A stretch of 54,828 nt of DNA from Actinomycetota bacterium. Lineage in GTDB: Bacteria > Actinomycetota > Acidimicrobiia > Acidimicrobiales > CADCSY01. Below, piece after piece: positions 17,542 through 27,701 of the stretch. Both the position numbers and the translations under genes were made by a program. The DNA lies in contig JAHWJI010000004.1 of the NCBI GenBank assembly GCA_019348495.1, forward strand, positions 1-54,828, given 5' to 3'. Every line of letters starts with the position of its first letter. The stretch's first letter is position 1. Under the pieces are notes generated by a model that was not told the origin of the DNA, ran no database searches, and saw only the letters and a list, made by a program, of their open reading frames with translations.

Positions 17542-18576
17542 GTGGACGTGGAGCGGGTGCTGCTGGCCGCCCCCCGGGGCTTCTGCGCCGGGGTGGAGAT
17601 GGCCATCAAGGCTTTGGCGTGGATGGTCCGGGCCTTCGAGCCGCCCATCTACTGCTACCACGAGATCGTCCACAACCGCCTGGTGGTCGAGCGCTTCCGC
17701 GAGCTCGGTGTGGTGTTCGTCGACGAGATCGCCGAGGTCCCGCCCGGTAGGCCGGTCATGCTCTCGGCCCACGGGTCGGCCCCTGAGGTGGTGCGGGCGG
17801 CGACCGAGCACGGTGGCTACGTGGTCAACGCCGTGTGCCCGCTGGTGACCAAGGTCCACCACGAGGTCAAGGTGCGCGCCGGCAAGGGCTACGCCGTGGT
17901 CTACGTGGGCCACGAGGGCCACGACGAGGCGGTGGGGACCATGGCGGTGGCCCCTGACGCCATCCATCTGGTGGAGCACGAGGACGACGTGGCCCTCCTG
18001 CCCGATACCGGCCAGCCCGTCGCCCTGCTGGCCCAGACCACGCTCAGCCACCACGACTGGGCCGGGGTGCTCGACGCCACCCGCCGGCGCTTCCCCGAGC
18101 TGTGGATGCCGGGGCGCAGCGACCTGTGCTTCGCCACCACCAACCGCCAGTCGGCCCTTATCCAGATCGCCCAGCGCTGCGACGCCGTGGTGGTCATCGG
18201 CTCAGCCAACTCGTCGAACACCGTGGCGCTGGAGAAGGTGGCGACGGCCGCCGGCTGTCCTCGGGTGCTGCGGGTCAACGGTCCCGACGAGCTGCCCGAC
18301 GATCTCACCGGCACCATCGGGGTGACTGCGGGCGCCTCGGCCCCCGAGGAGCTGGTGCGCGCCGTCATCGCCCGCCTCGACCCCACCGAGGGCGTCGAGG
18401 AGGTGGCCTACACCGCCGAGGCCGAGTACTTCCCGCCGCCCCGTGAGGTGCGAGAGCTGCTCGGAGCCATCGACGCTGTCGCTTCCTTCGCCCTGGCCGC
18501 GCCGGCCACTGCGCCGGCCACCGCCGACCGGGACCTGGCCGCCAGCGCGGTCCTGGCCGGCCTGGCGCCGCCGTAG
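17542..18576 (+). CDS. ispH: 4-hydroxy-3-methylbut-2-enyl diphosphate reductase
   Basis: PRGFCAGV, IVHN, SAHG, CPLVTKVH, AQTT, CFATTNRQ, SSN and TAGASAPE motifs. Confidence 0.97.
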   Translation: MDVERVLLAAPRGFCAGVEMAIKALAWMVRAFEPPIYCYHEIVHNRLVVERFRELGVVFVDEIAEVPPGRPVMLSAHGSAPEVVRAATEHGGYVVNAVCPLVTKVHHEVKVRAGKGYAVVYVGHEGHDEAVGTMAVAPDAIHLVEHEDDVALLPDTGQPVALLAQTTLSHHDWAGVLDATRRRFPELWMPGRSDLCFATTNRQSALIQIAQRCDAVVVIGSANSSNTVALEKVATAAGCPRVLRVNGPDELPDDLTGTIGVTAGASAPEELVRAVIARLDPTEGVEEVAYTAEAEYFPPPREVRELLGAIDAVASFALAAPATAPATADRDLAASAVLAGLAPP

Positions 18577-18589
18577 CGACCATCACGGG

Positions 18590-20458
18590 ATGGGCACCGC
18601 CGCACGCCGTCGCTCCCTGGCGTTCGTCACCGCCGTGCTCATCGCCCTGGCCGCCTGTTCACGTGGCGACGGCCGGGCTCCCGGCGCCCGAGGCGATCCC
18701 GATGCCCCACCGGGACTGGCCGAGGGGCTCCCCGACATGGGGACAGACTCCCCCTCGCTGTCCGATCCCGGCCGGAGGCTGGCCACCACCACCGCCCTGT
18801 TCGACCGGGCGCCCCGCTACCACCTCGATGCCCTCGTCGAGCCCGAGACCGGCAAGGTCGAGGCCGACGTGGTGGCCTCCCTCCCCGCTGGCTCCGAGCC
18901 GCTGCGCTTTCGGGTGTTCCCCAACCTGGCCGCCCTCGATGCCGGCTTCCATCTGAGCCGCGTCGAGGTCGACGGGCGGGCGGTCGAGCCCGATCTCGAC
19001 CGGTCGGTGCTGACCCTGGAGCGTCCAACGAACGGAGGCGGCCAGCGGGTGGAGGTGGCCATGACGTTCTCCTACACCGTGCCCGTCACCGACCTCGCCA
19101 CCGACCCGTCGTCGGTGCTGGGCGGCGATGGCTCGGGACTGGACCCGGCCGAGATCGGCCTCCTCGGTCGCCATGGCGGGGGCCTGTCGCTCGGGCACTG
19201 GTTCCCCGTGTGGCTGACCCCGGGAGCCGAGGCCGAGCCCGAGCCCGACGGCTTCGGCGACATCGCGAACTTCCCCGCAGCCAACTTCACCGCCCGCCTC
19301 GACGTCCCCGCCGGCTGGCAGCTCTTCAGCGGCGGTGTGAACACCGACCGCAGGCAGGAGCCAGGCCGGACGATCTCGACCGAGGAGGGCGTGGGCCTGC
19401 GCGACCTTGCGATCTACCTCGGACGGGACCTGGCGACCGAGGAGGTCGAGGTCGGCGGGACCACCGTGCGGGTGGTGAGCCAGGCCGGCAACGTGGACGT
19501 GCTCGGGGAGGTGGGCGAGGAGTCCTCCTCGGCGCTGTCGATCCTGGCCGACGCCTTCGGGCCCTACCCCTGGTCGGAGCTCGACGTGATCGACGTCCCC
19601 CTGGGCTCGGGCGTGGGAGGCATGGAGTGGCCCGGCGCCATCTGGATCGAGACCGCCACCTTCGGCGGAGGCATCCCCGGGCTGAGCGGCCTGGAGGGGT
19701 TGCTGGGCGGCGGGGACTCCTCCGGCGGTGAGGCTTCGGACGGGCTGGAGGGGCTCCTCGGCGAGGTGCTGGGGGGCGGAGCCGCCGGGTCCCTGCGGTC
19801 GTTCATCGTGGCCCACGAGGTCGCCCACCAGTGGTGGCATGCCCTGGTGGGCAACGACTCGATCACCGCTCCCGTGGTCGACGAGCCGCTGGCCCAGTTC
19901 TCGGCTTGTCACTACCTGCGGGTCCGCTCCCCCCAGGAGGGGGACGAGCACTGCGCCTTGCACACCGAGGGGCAGTACCGGGCCCTGCGGGGCCTCGGCC
20001 AACCCGACGCCCCGGCCGCCCAGGCCACCGATCAGTTCTCCTCCTCGCTGCAGTACGGGGCCGTGGTCTACGGCAAGGCCCCCGGGTTCTACGAGAAGCT
20101 CTCCGACCTGATCGGCGAGGAGGCCCTGCTCGGCGCCCTGCGGTCCTACGTGGAGGCCAACGCCTTCGCCATCGCCACCCCCGAGGACCTGCGGGGCGCC
20201 CTACGAGCAGCCGCGCCGGGCCGGGCCGAGGAGGTCGATGCCCTGTGGGTGCGCTGGTTGGAGCAGGCCCACGGCGACGAGGACATCGGCACCGGTGCGC
20301 CGCTGGGGGGCCTCGGCGCTTTGGGTGGGCTGGAAGGTCTGTTGGGCGGCTCCGGCGCCCTCGAGGGCCTCGTCGGAGGAGGCGACGCGGCTGAGGTCGA
20401 TCCCGCCGGGTTGGAGGCGCTGCTCACCAAGCTGCTGGAGGACCTGAGCGGGCGGTGA
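18590..20458 (+). CDS. M1-family (gluzincin) metalloaminopeptidase lipoprotein
   Basis: Lipobox LAAC, GGMEW, HEVAH-x18-E and VYGK motifs. Confidence 0.88.
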   Translation: MGTAARRRSLAFVTAVLIALAACSRGDGRAPGARGDPDAPPGLAEGLPDMGTDSPSLSDPGRRLATTTALFDRAPRYHLDALVEPETGKVEADVVASLPAGSEPLRFRVFPNLAALDAGFHLSRVEVDGRAVEPDLDRSVLTLERPTNGGGQRVEVAMTFSYTVPVTDLATDPSSVLGGDGSGLDPAEIGLLGRHGGGLSLGHWFPVWLTPGAEAEPEPDGFGDIANFPAANFTARLDVPAGWQLFSGGVNTDRRQEPGRTISTEEGVGLRDLAIYLGRDLATEEVEVGGTTVRVVSQAGNVDVLGEVGEESSSALSILADAFGPYPWSELDVIDVPLGSGVGGMEWPGAIWIETATFGGGIPGLSGLEGLLGGGDSSGGEASDGLEGLLGEVLGGGAAGSLRSFIVAHEVAHQWWHALVGNDSITAPVVDEPLAQFSACHYLRVRSPQEGDEHCALHTEGQYRALRGLGQPDAPAAQATDQFSSSLQYGAVVYGKAPGFYEKLSDLIGEEALLGALRSYVEANAFAIATPEDLRGALRAAAPGRAEEVDALWVRWLEQAHGDEDIGTGAPLGGLGALGGLEGLLGGSGALEGLVGGGDAAEVDPAGLEALLTKLLEDLSGR

Positions 20459-20460
20459 TC

Positions 20461-21129
20461 TCAGTCGCCGGCGTTGATGCGGGCCTGGTCGAAGACCACT
20501 TGGAGCTCCTTGCCCAGGCGCTCGGTCAGCTCCTTGACCGCCCGGCGCGGCACCCGGTGCCCCGGCTCCGGCGCCTGGGGATGGATGGCCTCACCCACCA
20601 CCACGCAGACCTTCACCGGGCGGAAGAACTTCGCTCCCCGGGGCATGGCCCGGGTCGAGCCACCGATCCCCACGGGGAAGATGGGCACCCCGGTCGACAG
20701 CGCCAGGTGGGCGGCGCCGTCGAACAGCTCCCCCACCACCGGGCTGTCCCGCCGGGTCCCCTCGGCGAAGACCACCAGGGGCTCGCCTCGCTCCAGGGCC
20801 AGGCGGCACTGGCGCATGGCTTGGCGGTCGACCTTGTCCCGCTGCACCGGGAAGGCGCCGAGGGTGTCCCACAGCCACGCCGACCAGCCGTACTTCCACA
20901 TCTCCTCCTTGCCCAGGTAGCGCATGTAGCGCCGGGTCAGGGTGGCCATGATGGGCGTGTCGATGTTGGAGCGGTGGACGGGGGCGAGGATGAACCCACC
21001 GCTGGCCGGGAGGCGCTCGGCCCCCTCCACCCGAAGCCGCCAGTACACCGCAGCGAAGCCGGCGATGAGCGCCCGCACCACCGCGTAGACGCGCCGGGCG
21101 ACGACGGGAGAGGCCGGCGGGTATCTCAT
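20461..21129 (-). CDS. plsC: 1-acyl-sn-glycerol-3-phosphate acyltransferase
   Basis: HRSNID (HxxxxD) and FAEGTR motifs. ATGA overlap with cmk. Confidence 0.88.
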   Translation of the reverse strand: MRYPPASPVVARRVYAVVRALIAGFAAVYWRLRVEGAERLPASGGFILAPVHRSNIDTPIMATLTRRYMRYLGKEEMWKYGWSAWLWDTLGAFPVQRDKVDRQAMRQCRLALERGEPLVVFAEGTRRDSPVVGELFDGAAHLALSTGVPIFPVGIGGSTRAMPRGAKFFRPVKVCVVVGEAIHPQAPEPGHRVPRRAVKELTERLGKELQVVFDQARINAGD

Positions 21130-21767
21130 GGGGCCGGGGCCAGGTGGTCGAGCAGCTCGTCGACGATGTCGTCGACGCCGCGGTCGCTGGTGTCGACCAC
21201 CACCGCGCCCTCGGCGCAGGTCAGCGGGTCGGCCTCGCGCTCGGAGTCGTGGGTGTCGCGACGGTCCAGGTCGGCGGCGACGGCCTCGTAGGCGGTGTCG
21301 CTCACCTCCTGGTGGCGGCGGGAGGCCCGCACGTCGGCGCGAGCGTGGAGGTAGGCCCGCAGCTCGGCGTCGGGGAACACGACCGAGCCGATGTCCCGGC
21401 CCTCCACCACCGCTCCACCCCGCTCGGCCACCCACTCACGCTGGCGTCGGACCAGCTCGGTGCGCACCACCGCGTTGGCGGCCACCTCGCTCACCGCCCT
21501 GGTCACCTCCGGCCCCCGGATCTCGATGGTGGCGTCGACCCCGTCGACCTCGACCCGGCCGGGCTCGACGACGATCTCCAGGTTCGGCGCCATGCGGGCC
21601 ACCGGCTCGGCGTCGCCGGGGTCGATGCCCCGGCGCAGGGCGGCCAAGGCCACGGCGCGGTACATGGCGCCGGTGTCGAGGTAGGCCGTGCCCAGGCGCT
21701 CGGCCAGACGGCGGGCCACGGTGGACTTGCCCGATCCGGCCGGCCCGTCGATGGCGATGACCCGCAT
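21126..21767 (-). CDS. cmk: Cytidylate kinase
   Basis: IAIDGPAGSGKST, LDTGAMYR, EGRDIG and RRD..DS.R motifs. Confidence 0.97.
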   Translation of the reverse strand: MRVIAIDGPAGSGKSTVARRLAERLGTAYLDTGAMYRAVALAALRRGIDPGDAEPVARMAPNLEIVVEPGRVEVDGVDATIEIRGPEVTRAVSEVAANAVVRTELVRRQREWVAERGGAVVEGRDIGSVVFPDAELRAYLHARADVRASRRHQEVSDTAYEAVAADLDRRDTHDSEREADPLTCAEGAVVVDTSDRGVDDIVDELLDHLAPAP

Positions 21768-21779
21768 GGTCGAAGAAGG

Positions 21780-23087
21780 CTACCCGCCGGTCGCCGACCG
21801 GGCCCGAAGCCCGGCGAGGGCCTCGAAGTAGCCGGGGAAGGTCTTGGCCACCACACCGGGATCGCCGATCTCGATGCCCGGCGCCCGCAGGCCGAGCAGG
21901 GCGAAGCTCATGGCCATGCGGTGGTCGCCGTAGGTCCGGATGCGGGCCGGGTGGGGAGCGCCGGGGTGCACGACGTAGCCGTCGTCGAGCTCCTCGGCTT
22001 CGACACCGCAGCGGCGGAGCTCGGTCACCACGGCGGCGATGCGGTCGGTCTCCTTGCGCCGGACGAAGCCGATGCCCCGCACCCGGGTGGGTGAAGAAGC
22101 GAAGGGCGCGACGACGGCCAGGGTCTGGGCGGTGTCGGAGCAATCGGCGAGATCGACGTCGACGCCGGCCAGCTCACCGGTCCCCTCCACCTCGGTCCCG
22201 TGCTCGTCGCGGCGCACCTTGGCGCCCATGGCGGCGAGGACGTCGACGAAGGCCAGGTCGCCCTGCACCGACGCCCGTCCCAGCCCCGGCACCCGCACCC
22301 GACCGCCGCACAGGGCGGCGGCGGCGAAGAAGTACGACGCGGCGCTGGCGTCGGGCTCGATGCGGTAGCGACACGCCCGGTAGGTCCCTGGTGCCACGGC
22401 GAAGCCCGACTCCCCGTGGCGCTCGACGGGTACCCCGAAGGCGTCCATGGTGGCGGTGGTGACGTCGAGGTAGGGCCGGGACACCACGTCGCCGTCGACC
22501 TCGACCCGCACGCCGCGGGCCATGGCCGGGCCGCTCAGCAACAGCGCCGAGACGAACTGGCTGGACACGTCCCCAGGGATGCGCACCGAGCCGCCGTCGA
22601 GGCCGTGGGCCACCACGGTCACGGGGAGGTGGCCCTCCTCCCCCTGTTCCTCGACGACGCCCCCCAGGGCTCGCAGGGCGTCGATCAGCAGGCCCATGGG
22701 GCGGGCCCGCAGGGGCGGGGAGCCGTCCAGGCGGTAGCGGCCCTGCCCGAGGGCCAGCAGCGGGAGCAAGAAGCGGGCGGTGGTACCGGCCAGCCGGGCG
22801 TCGAGCTCGGCCGGGCCCGGGGGCACGGCGCCCCCCACGCCGTCGACCACCATGGTGGCGGCCTGCACGTCATGGCCCACGGGGATGCCGAGGCGCACCA
22901 GCGCCTGGACCATCGAGGTCGTGTCGTCGGCCAGCAGCGCCCCCTCGAGGGTGCTGCGCCCCTCGGCCAGGGCGGCGACCACCAGGGCCCGGTTGGTGAA
23001 GCTCTTGGACCCGGGGAGGACGACGGTGGCGTCGAGGGGACCCCGGAGCGGCTCGACGGCGAGCACGGTGGCACCCGACGCCGTCAC
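21780..23087 (-). CDS. aroA: EPSP synthase
   Basis: PGSKSFTNR, AGTTARF, RPM, SSQF, KETDR, DHRMAM and KTFP motifs. Confidence 0.97.
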   Translation of the reverse strand: MTASGATVLAVEPLRGPLDATVVLPGSKSFTNRALVVAALAEGRSTLEGALLADDTTSMVQALVRLGIPVGHDVQAATMVVDGVGGAVPPGPAELDARLAGTTARFLLPLLALGQGRYRLDGSPPLRARPMGLLIDALRALGGVVEEQGEEGHLPVTVVAHGLDGGSVRIPGDVSSQFVSALLLSGPAMARGVRVEVDGDVVSRPYLDVTTATMDAFGVPVERHGESGFAVAPGTYRACRYRIEPDASAASYFFAAAALCGGRVRVPGLGRASVQGDLAFVDVLAAMGAKVRRDEHGTEVEGTGELAGVDVDLADCSDTAQTLAVVAPFASSPTRVRGIGFVRRKETDRIAAVVTELRRCGVEAEELDDGYVVHPGAPHPARIRTYGDHRMAMSFALLGLRAPGIEIGDPGVVAKTFPGYFEALAGLRARSATGG

Positions 23088-24160
23088 ACCAGGTGCCGAC
23101 CGGTCGGGTGGTAGCCCCGGGTGGCCAGGGCGTCCCCCAGTCGACCCACCAGCTCGGAGCGCACCACCAGGATCACCACACCGGCGTCGCCCTCGCTGGA
23201 GTGCACGATCTCCACGCTGGCGATGTTGACCCCGAGCTCGGTGGCCAGCGTGGTGATCTCGGCCAGCACGCCAGGGCGGTCGGTCACCGGGACCCGCAGC
23301 TCGGCCAGGTCAGCCACGTCGTGGGCACCCACGGGCAGGCTGCGACGGGCGGCGCGGGCCTCGGCCAACAGCGCCAGCAGGCCCTCCCGGTCACCGGCCG
23401 CCACCGTGGCCCGCACCCGGGCCAGGGCCACCTCCAGCTCGCCCAGCAGCTCCACGATGGCCGGGGCGTTCTCGGCACAGACGTCGGGCCACATGCCCGG
23501 GTCGCCGGAGGCCACCCGGGTCATGTCCCGGAACCCGCCGGCGGCCAGGCGCAACACCACGCCGTGCTCCTCGGCCCGGCCGGCGGCCAGAGCCATGAGG
23601 GCGGCGGCAACCAGATGGGGCACGTGGGACACCACGGCCACCAGCTCGTCGTGGCGTGCCGGCGCCAGCTCGACCACCTCGGCTCCGAGGGAGCTGACCA
23701 CCGAGCGCACCAGGGCGTGGGCGTGGGCATCGGTGCCGGCGACGGGCGTGAGCACCCAGACCGATCCCGAGAACAACGAGGCGTCGGCCCCCTCCACCCC
23801 CTCCTGCTCGCTGCCGGCCATGGGATGGCCACCCACGAAGCGGGGGTGGTCGACGGCCGAGACGATGGAGGCCTTGACGCTGCCCACGTCGGTGACCACG
23901 CCCTGCCCCTTCAGCGCCGCCGCCGCCTGGGCGGCCACGGCGCCGACGGGCGTGGCCACGAAGGTGACCTCGGCCCCCTCGGGCTCGCCCACGGCGTCGA
24001 GCGCCCCCCGGGCCAGCGCCTGCTGGGCCCGGACCGGGTCGCGGTCACAACCGGTGACGTGCCAGCCCCGGCCCCGCAGGGCCAGGCCGATGGACCCGCC
24101 GATCAGCCCCGTGCCGACCACCGCCGCACGCCGCCGGCGCTCTGAGGACGACGCGCTCAC
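23084..24160 (-). CDS. tyrA: Prephenate dehydrogenase with C-terminal ACT domain
   Basis: GTGLIGGS, DVGSVK, GHPMAGSE, SHVPH, RDMTRVA and ACT DRPGVLA motifs. Confidence 0.93.
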   Translation of the reverse strand: MSASSSERRRRAAVVGTGLIGGSIGLALRGRGWHVTGCDRDPVRAQQALARGALDAVGEPEGAEVTFVATPVGAVAAQAAAALKGQGVVTDVGSVKASIVSAVDHPRFVGGHPMAGSEQEGVEGADASLFSGSVWVLTPVAGTDAHAHALVRSVVSSLGAEVVELAPARHDELVAVVSHVPHLVAAALMALAAGRAEEHGVVLRLAAGGFRDMTRVASGDPGMWPDVCAENAPAIVELLGELEVALARVRATVAAGDREGLLALLAEARAARRSLPVGAHDVADLAELRVPVTDRPGVLAEITTLATELGVNIASVEIVHSSEGDAGVVILVVRSELVGRLGDALATRGYHPTGRHLV

Positions 24161-24182
24161 CGCAGCGCCACCAGCCGGGGCC

Positions 24183-24542
24183 TCATCCCGGTAGGTCGTC
24201 GCGCAGCCCGACGGCGCCCTCCAGGTACACGTGGCGCAGCTCGTGGCGAGCCCGTGTCGTGTCGAGGTGGGCGAGCACCCGGATGCAGCGGGGGGTGCCG
24301 CCGGCGATGTCCAGCTCGCGGGCGCACAGCATGGGGACGTCGCCCAGGCCGATCGAGCGCGCCGCCGTGGCCGGGAAGGCGGAGTGAAGGTCGTCGGTGG
24401 CGGTGAAGACCAGGCTCACGAGCTGGTCGTGGTCGATGCCGTTGCGGGAGAACATCTCCTGGAGCAGCGCCACCACCCGCTGGCGGACGTGGTCGGGCGT
24501 GTCGTCGTCGACCGTGGTGGCGCCCCGGAGAGCTCTGAGCAC
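24183..24542 (-). CDS. aroH: AroH-type chorismate mutase
   Basis: RALRGATT, FPATAAR, RCIR and HVYL.GA..LR.DL motifs. Confidence 0.95.
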   Translation of the reverse strand: MLRALRGATTVDDDTPDHVRQRVVALLQEMFSRNGIDHDQLVSLVFTATDDLHSAFPATAARSIGLGDVPMLCARELDIAGGTPRCIRVLAHLDTTRARHELRHVYLEGAVGLRDDLPG

Positions 24543-24551
24543 CGCCTGATG

Positions 24552-25304
24552 CTACCGGTGACCTTCCTCGGGTCCGGCCGCCGCCTCCTCCAGGGCCCGC
24601 ACCTCGGACGACTCGAGCAGGCGCCACTGCCCCGGCGCCAGGGAGGGGTCGGCCAGCGGCCCGATGCGGAAACGGGCCAGGCGCACCACCGGATGGCCGA
24701 TCGCCTCGCACATCCGCCGGACCTGGCGCTTGCGACCTTCGTGGATGACCAGGCGGATCAAGTTGGGTGGCGTGAGGGACACCTTGGCCGGCCCCGTCAG
24801 CCCGTCGTCGAGCTCCACCCCCTCGCGCAGCCGACGGATGGCCGCCGGCGAGGGCGTGCCCTCCACCTGGGCCAGATAGGCCTTGGCCACGCCGTGGGAG
24901 GGATGGGTGAGGCGCTGCGCCAGGTCGCCGTCGTTGGTCAACACCAACAGCCCCTCGGTCTCCAGGTCGAGACGTCCCACGGAGAACACCCGCGGCTCGC
25001 CGGGGACGAGGTCGATCACCGTCGGGCGACCCTGGGGATCGGCCGAGGTGGAGATGACCCCCGCCGGCTTGTTGAGCAGGTAGTAGACGAGCCCCGCACC
25101 TACCGAGGCGGCCACACCGTCAACGGCGATCTTGTCGTGCTCGGGGTCGACACGGCGACCGAGGATGGCCACGTCACCATTGACGGTGACCCGGCCGGCG
25201 GCGATCAGGTCGTCGCAGATCCGACGACTGCCGAACCCGGCGCGGGACAGGACCTTCTGCAGCCGTTCTCCGCCAAAGGTGTGGAGGAGGTCGGGGTCGT
25301 TCAC
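24552..25304 (-). CDS. rluB: rRNA pseudouridine synthase (RluB/RsuA family)
   Basis: ERLQKVL..AG..SRR S4 domain, GRLD and EGRKRQVRRM motifs. Follows scpB. Confidence 0.92.
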   Translation of the reverse strand: MNDPDLLHTFGGERLQKVLSRAGFGSRRICDDLIAAGRVTVNGDVAILGRRVDPEHDKIAVDGVAASVGAGLVYYLLNKPAGVISTSADPQGRPTVIDLVPGEPRVFSVGRLDLETEGLLVLTNDGDLAQRLTHPSHGVAKAYLAQVEGTPSPAAIRRLREGVELDDGLTGPAKVSLTPPNLIRLVIHEGRKRQVRRMCEAIGHPVVRLARFRIGPLADPSLAPGQWRLLESSEVRALEEAAAGPEEGHR

Positions 25305-25879
25305 CGTTCGCCGGGTACGGGGCCCGGGCGCAGCCCCTGCTCGAAGGCCTCGACCGTGGCCGCGTCGGGAACGAAGTCGCCGAGCGGGGGTAGGTCGCAC
25401 AGCGAGTCGAGACCGAGCTTCTCCAGGAACGTCGACGTGGTGGCGAACAGGGCGGCCTGGCCCGGTCCGGGGTCGCGTGCCACCTCCTCGACGTAGCCCC
25501 GGACCTGGAGGGTGCGCATGACCCCGTCGACGTTGACCCCCCGCACGGCGGCCACCTGGGCCCGGGAGACGGGCTGGCGGTAGGCCACGATGGCCAGCGT
25601 CTCCAGCGCGGCGGCCGACAGCCGGGTCGACTGGCCCTCCACCACGAAGCGCTCGACGTAGGCGTACAGGTCGGGGGCGGACTGGAATCGCCACCCGCCC
25701 GCCACCCGGGCGAGCACGAAGCCGCGCCGCCCGGCGACACAGTCGGCGGCCAGCGCCGCGCAGCGCTCCTCGACCACCGACGGCGCCACCTCGAGGAGCT
25801 GGGCCAGGAGTTGGGTGGGCACCGGGTCCTCGGCCACCATGAGGATGGCCTCCAGCGCCCGCCCGGCCTCGTCGTTCAT
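25301..25879 (-). CDS. scpB: SMC-Scp complex subunit ScpB
   Basis: LEAIL, LSAAALETLAIVAYRQP, RGV and TT..FL motifs. Confidence 0.95.
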   Translation of the reverse strand: MNDEAGRALEAILMVAEDPVPTQLLAQLLEVAPSVVEERCAALAADCVAGRRGFVLARVAGGWRFQSAPDLYAYVERFVVEGQSTRLSAAALETLAIVAYRQPVSRAQVAAVRGVNVDGVMRTLQVRGYVEEVARDPGPGQAALFATTSTFLEKLGLDSLCDLPPLGDFVPDAATVEAFEQGLRPGPVPGER

Positions 25880-26664
25880 GGGTGACCCACGGCGGCGAAG
25901 GACCGGCCGGCGGTTGCGGGATCGGTGCCGATCCAGCGAACGGTGATGTCGCCGAAGCGCTCGGCCTGGTCCAGTTGGACCAGGCCCTCCTTGCACAGCT
26001 CCAGCAGGGCGAGGAAGCGCACCACGACCTCCAGGCGCTCGGCGAGCCCGCACGTGAGGCGGCGGAAGCTGGTGCGACCGACGCCCGGCAGGGTGCGGGT
26101 CAGCTCGGCCACGGCATCGCTCACGCTGGCCCGCACCAGGGCCAGGTGGCCCAGCTCGACCCGGGGAACGGGGCGGGGGGCGACCGCCCGCAGGAACGCC
26201 GCCCGCACGTCGGCGGCGCTGACCCCGGCAAGAAGATCCGGGGCCAGGGCCAACATGCGCTCGTCGGGCCCACTGCGGCGAGGCAGCGACCGCCGGGCGT
26301 CGTCCTCCATGGCCGCCAGGACGAGGGCCGCGTCCTTGAAGGTCTTGCACTCGAGCAGGCGGCCCAGCAGCAGGTCGCGCTCCTCCCACAACCCGAGCTC
26401 CTCGTCGAGCTCCATGGCGGCGGGCGCCGGGAGCAGGCGACGGGCCTTGAGCTCGACCAGGGTGGCGGCGATGAGGAGGAACTCGGTGGCCACCTCCAGG
26501 TCGACCCCGCGCTCGGCCAGGCGGAGGCGTTCGAGCTCGGCCAGGAACCCGTCGACGATGGTGCGCAGCGACACCTCGTAGAGATCGAGCTCCTCGCGCA
26601 GGATGAGGTGCAACAGGAGGTCGAACGGCCCCTCGAAACCTGGCGTTTGGACCTCGTAGGCCAT
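25876..26664 (-). CDS. scpA: Kleisin ScpA
   Basis: FEGPFDLLLHLI, EFLLIAATLVELKARRLLP and RFLALLEL motifs. Confidence 0.95.
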   Translation of the reverse strand: MAYEVQTPGFEGPFDLLLHLILREELDLYEVSLRTIVDGFLAELERLRLAERGVDLEVATEFLLIAATLVELKARRLLPAPAAMELDEELGLWEERDLLLGRLLECKTFKDAALVLAAMEDDARRSLPRRSGPDERMLALAPDLLAGVSAADVRAAFLRAVAPRPVPRVELGHLALVRASVSDAVAELTRTLPGVGRTSFRRLTCGLAERLEVVVRFLALLELCKEGLVQLDQAERFGDITVRWIGTDPATAGRSFAAVGHP

Positions 26665-26720
26665 CGGGCCAGGGTAATGGCGGGGTCCACGGCGAAGGTG
26701 GACCCCTACCATCCCATCCC

Positions 26721-27701
26721 ATGGCACGCGTCTTCTCGGGGATCCAGCCCAGCGGTGACCTTCACCTGGGCAACTACCTGGGTGCCCTTCGGCACTTCGC
26801 CCTCGACCAGTACGAGTACGACTGCGTCTTCTGCATCGTCGACCTCCACGCCCTGACCGTGCCCCAGGACCCGGAGGCGCTGGCACGGCGCACGCTCGAG
26901 GCGGCGCGGGTCCACCTGGCAGCCGGCCTCGACCCATCGGTGTGCACGCTGTTCGTGCAGAGCCACGTGCACGAGCACGCCGAGCTCTCATGGTTGATGG
27001 AGTGCACCGCCAGTGTGGGCGAGCTGCGGCGGATGACCCAGTTCAAGGAGAAGTCGACCGACCAGGAGTTCGTCTCCGGGGCGTTGTTCACCTACCCCGC
27101 CCTCATGGCCGCCGACATCCTGCTCTACGCGTCCGACCGGGTCCCCGTGGGCAACGACCAGCGCCAGCACCTCGAGTTGACCCGCGATCTGGCCGAGCGC
27201 TTCAACCACCGCTTCGGGGCCACCTTCGTGGTCCCCGCCGCGGCCGTTCCCCGCGTGGGGGCACGGATCATGGACCTCCAGCGTCCCACCGCCAAGATGT
27301 CGAAGTCGGCGACCTCGCCGCAGGGCACGGTGGGGCTGTTGGAGGACCCCGCCTCGATCGCCCGCAAGATCCGCCGGGCCGTCACCGATGCCGAGGTCGA
27401 GGTTCGCTACGACACCGAGGCCAAGCCCGGCGTGTCCAACCTGCTGGCCATCCTCGGCGCCGCCACCGGGGAAGACCCGGTCGAGCTCGCCGGTCGCTAC
27501 CACCGGTACGGACCGCTGAAGGCCGACTGCGCCGACGCCGTGGTGGCCCTCCTGGAGCCGATCCAGGCTCGCTACGCCGAGCTGGCCGGCGACCCGGCCG
27601 GCACTGCCGCCGTCCTGGCCGAGGGCGCAGCCAAGGCCCGCGCCGTGGCCGCCCCCATGCTGGAGAAGGCCCGCCAGGCGGTCGGCCTCCTCCCCCGCTG
27701 A
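26721..27701 (+). CDS. trpS: Tryptophan--tRNA ligase
   Basis: SGIQPSG, HLGN, YP.LMAADIL, VG.DQ.QH and KMSKS motifs. Confidence 0.97.
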   Translation: MARVFSGIQPSGDLHLGNYLGALRHFALDQYEYDCVFCIVDLHALTVPQDPEALARRTLEAARVHLAAGLDPSVCTLFVQSHVHEHAELSWLMECTASVGELRRMTQFKEKSTDQEFVSGALFTYPALMAADILLYASDRVPVGNDQRQHLELTRDLAERFNHRFGATFVVPAAAVPRVGARIMDLQRPTAKMSKSATSPQGTVGLLEDPASIARKIRRAVTDAEVEVRYDTEAKPGVSNLLAILGAATGEDPVELAGRYHRYGPLKADCADAVVALLEPIQARYAELAGDPAGTAAVLAEGAAKARAVAAPMLEKARQAVGLLPR

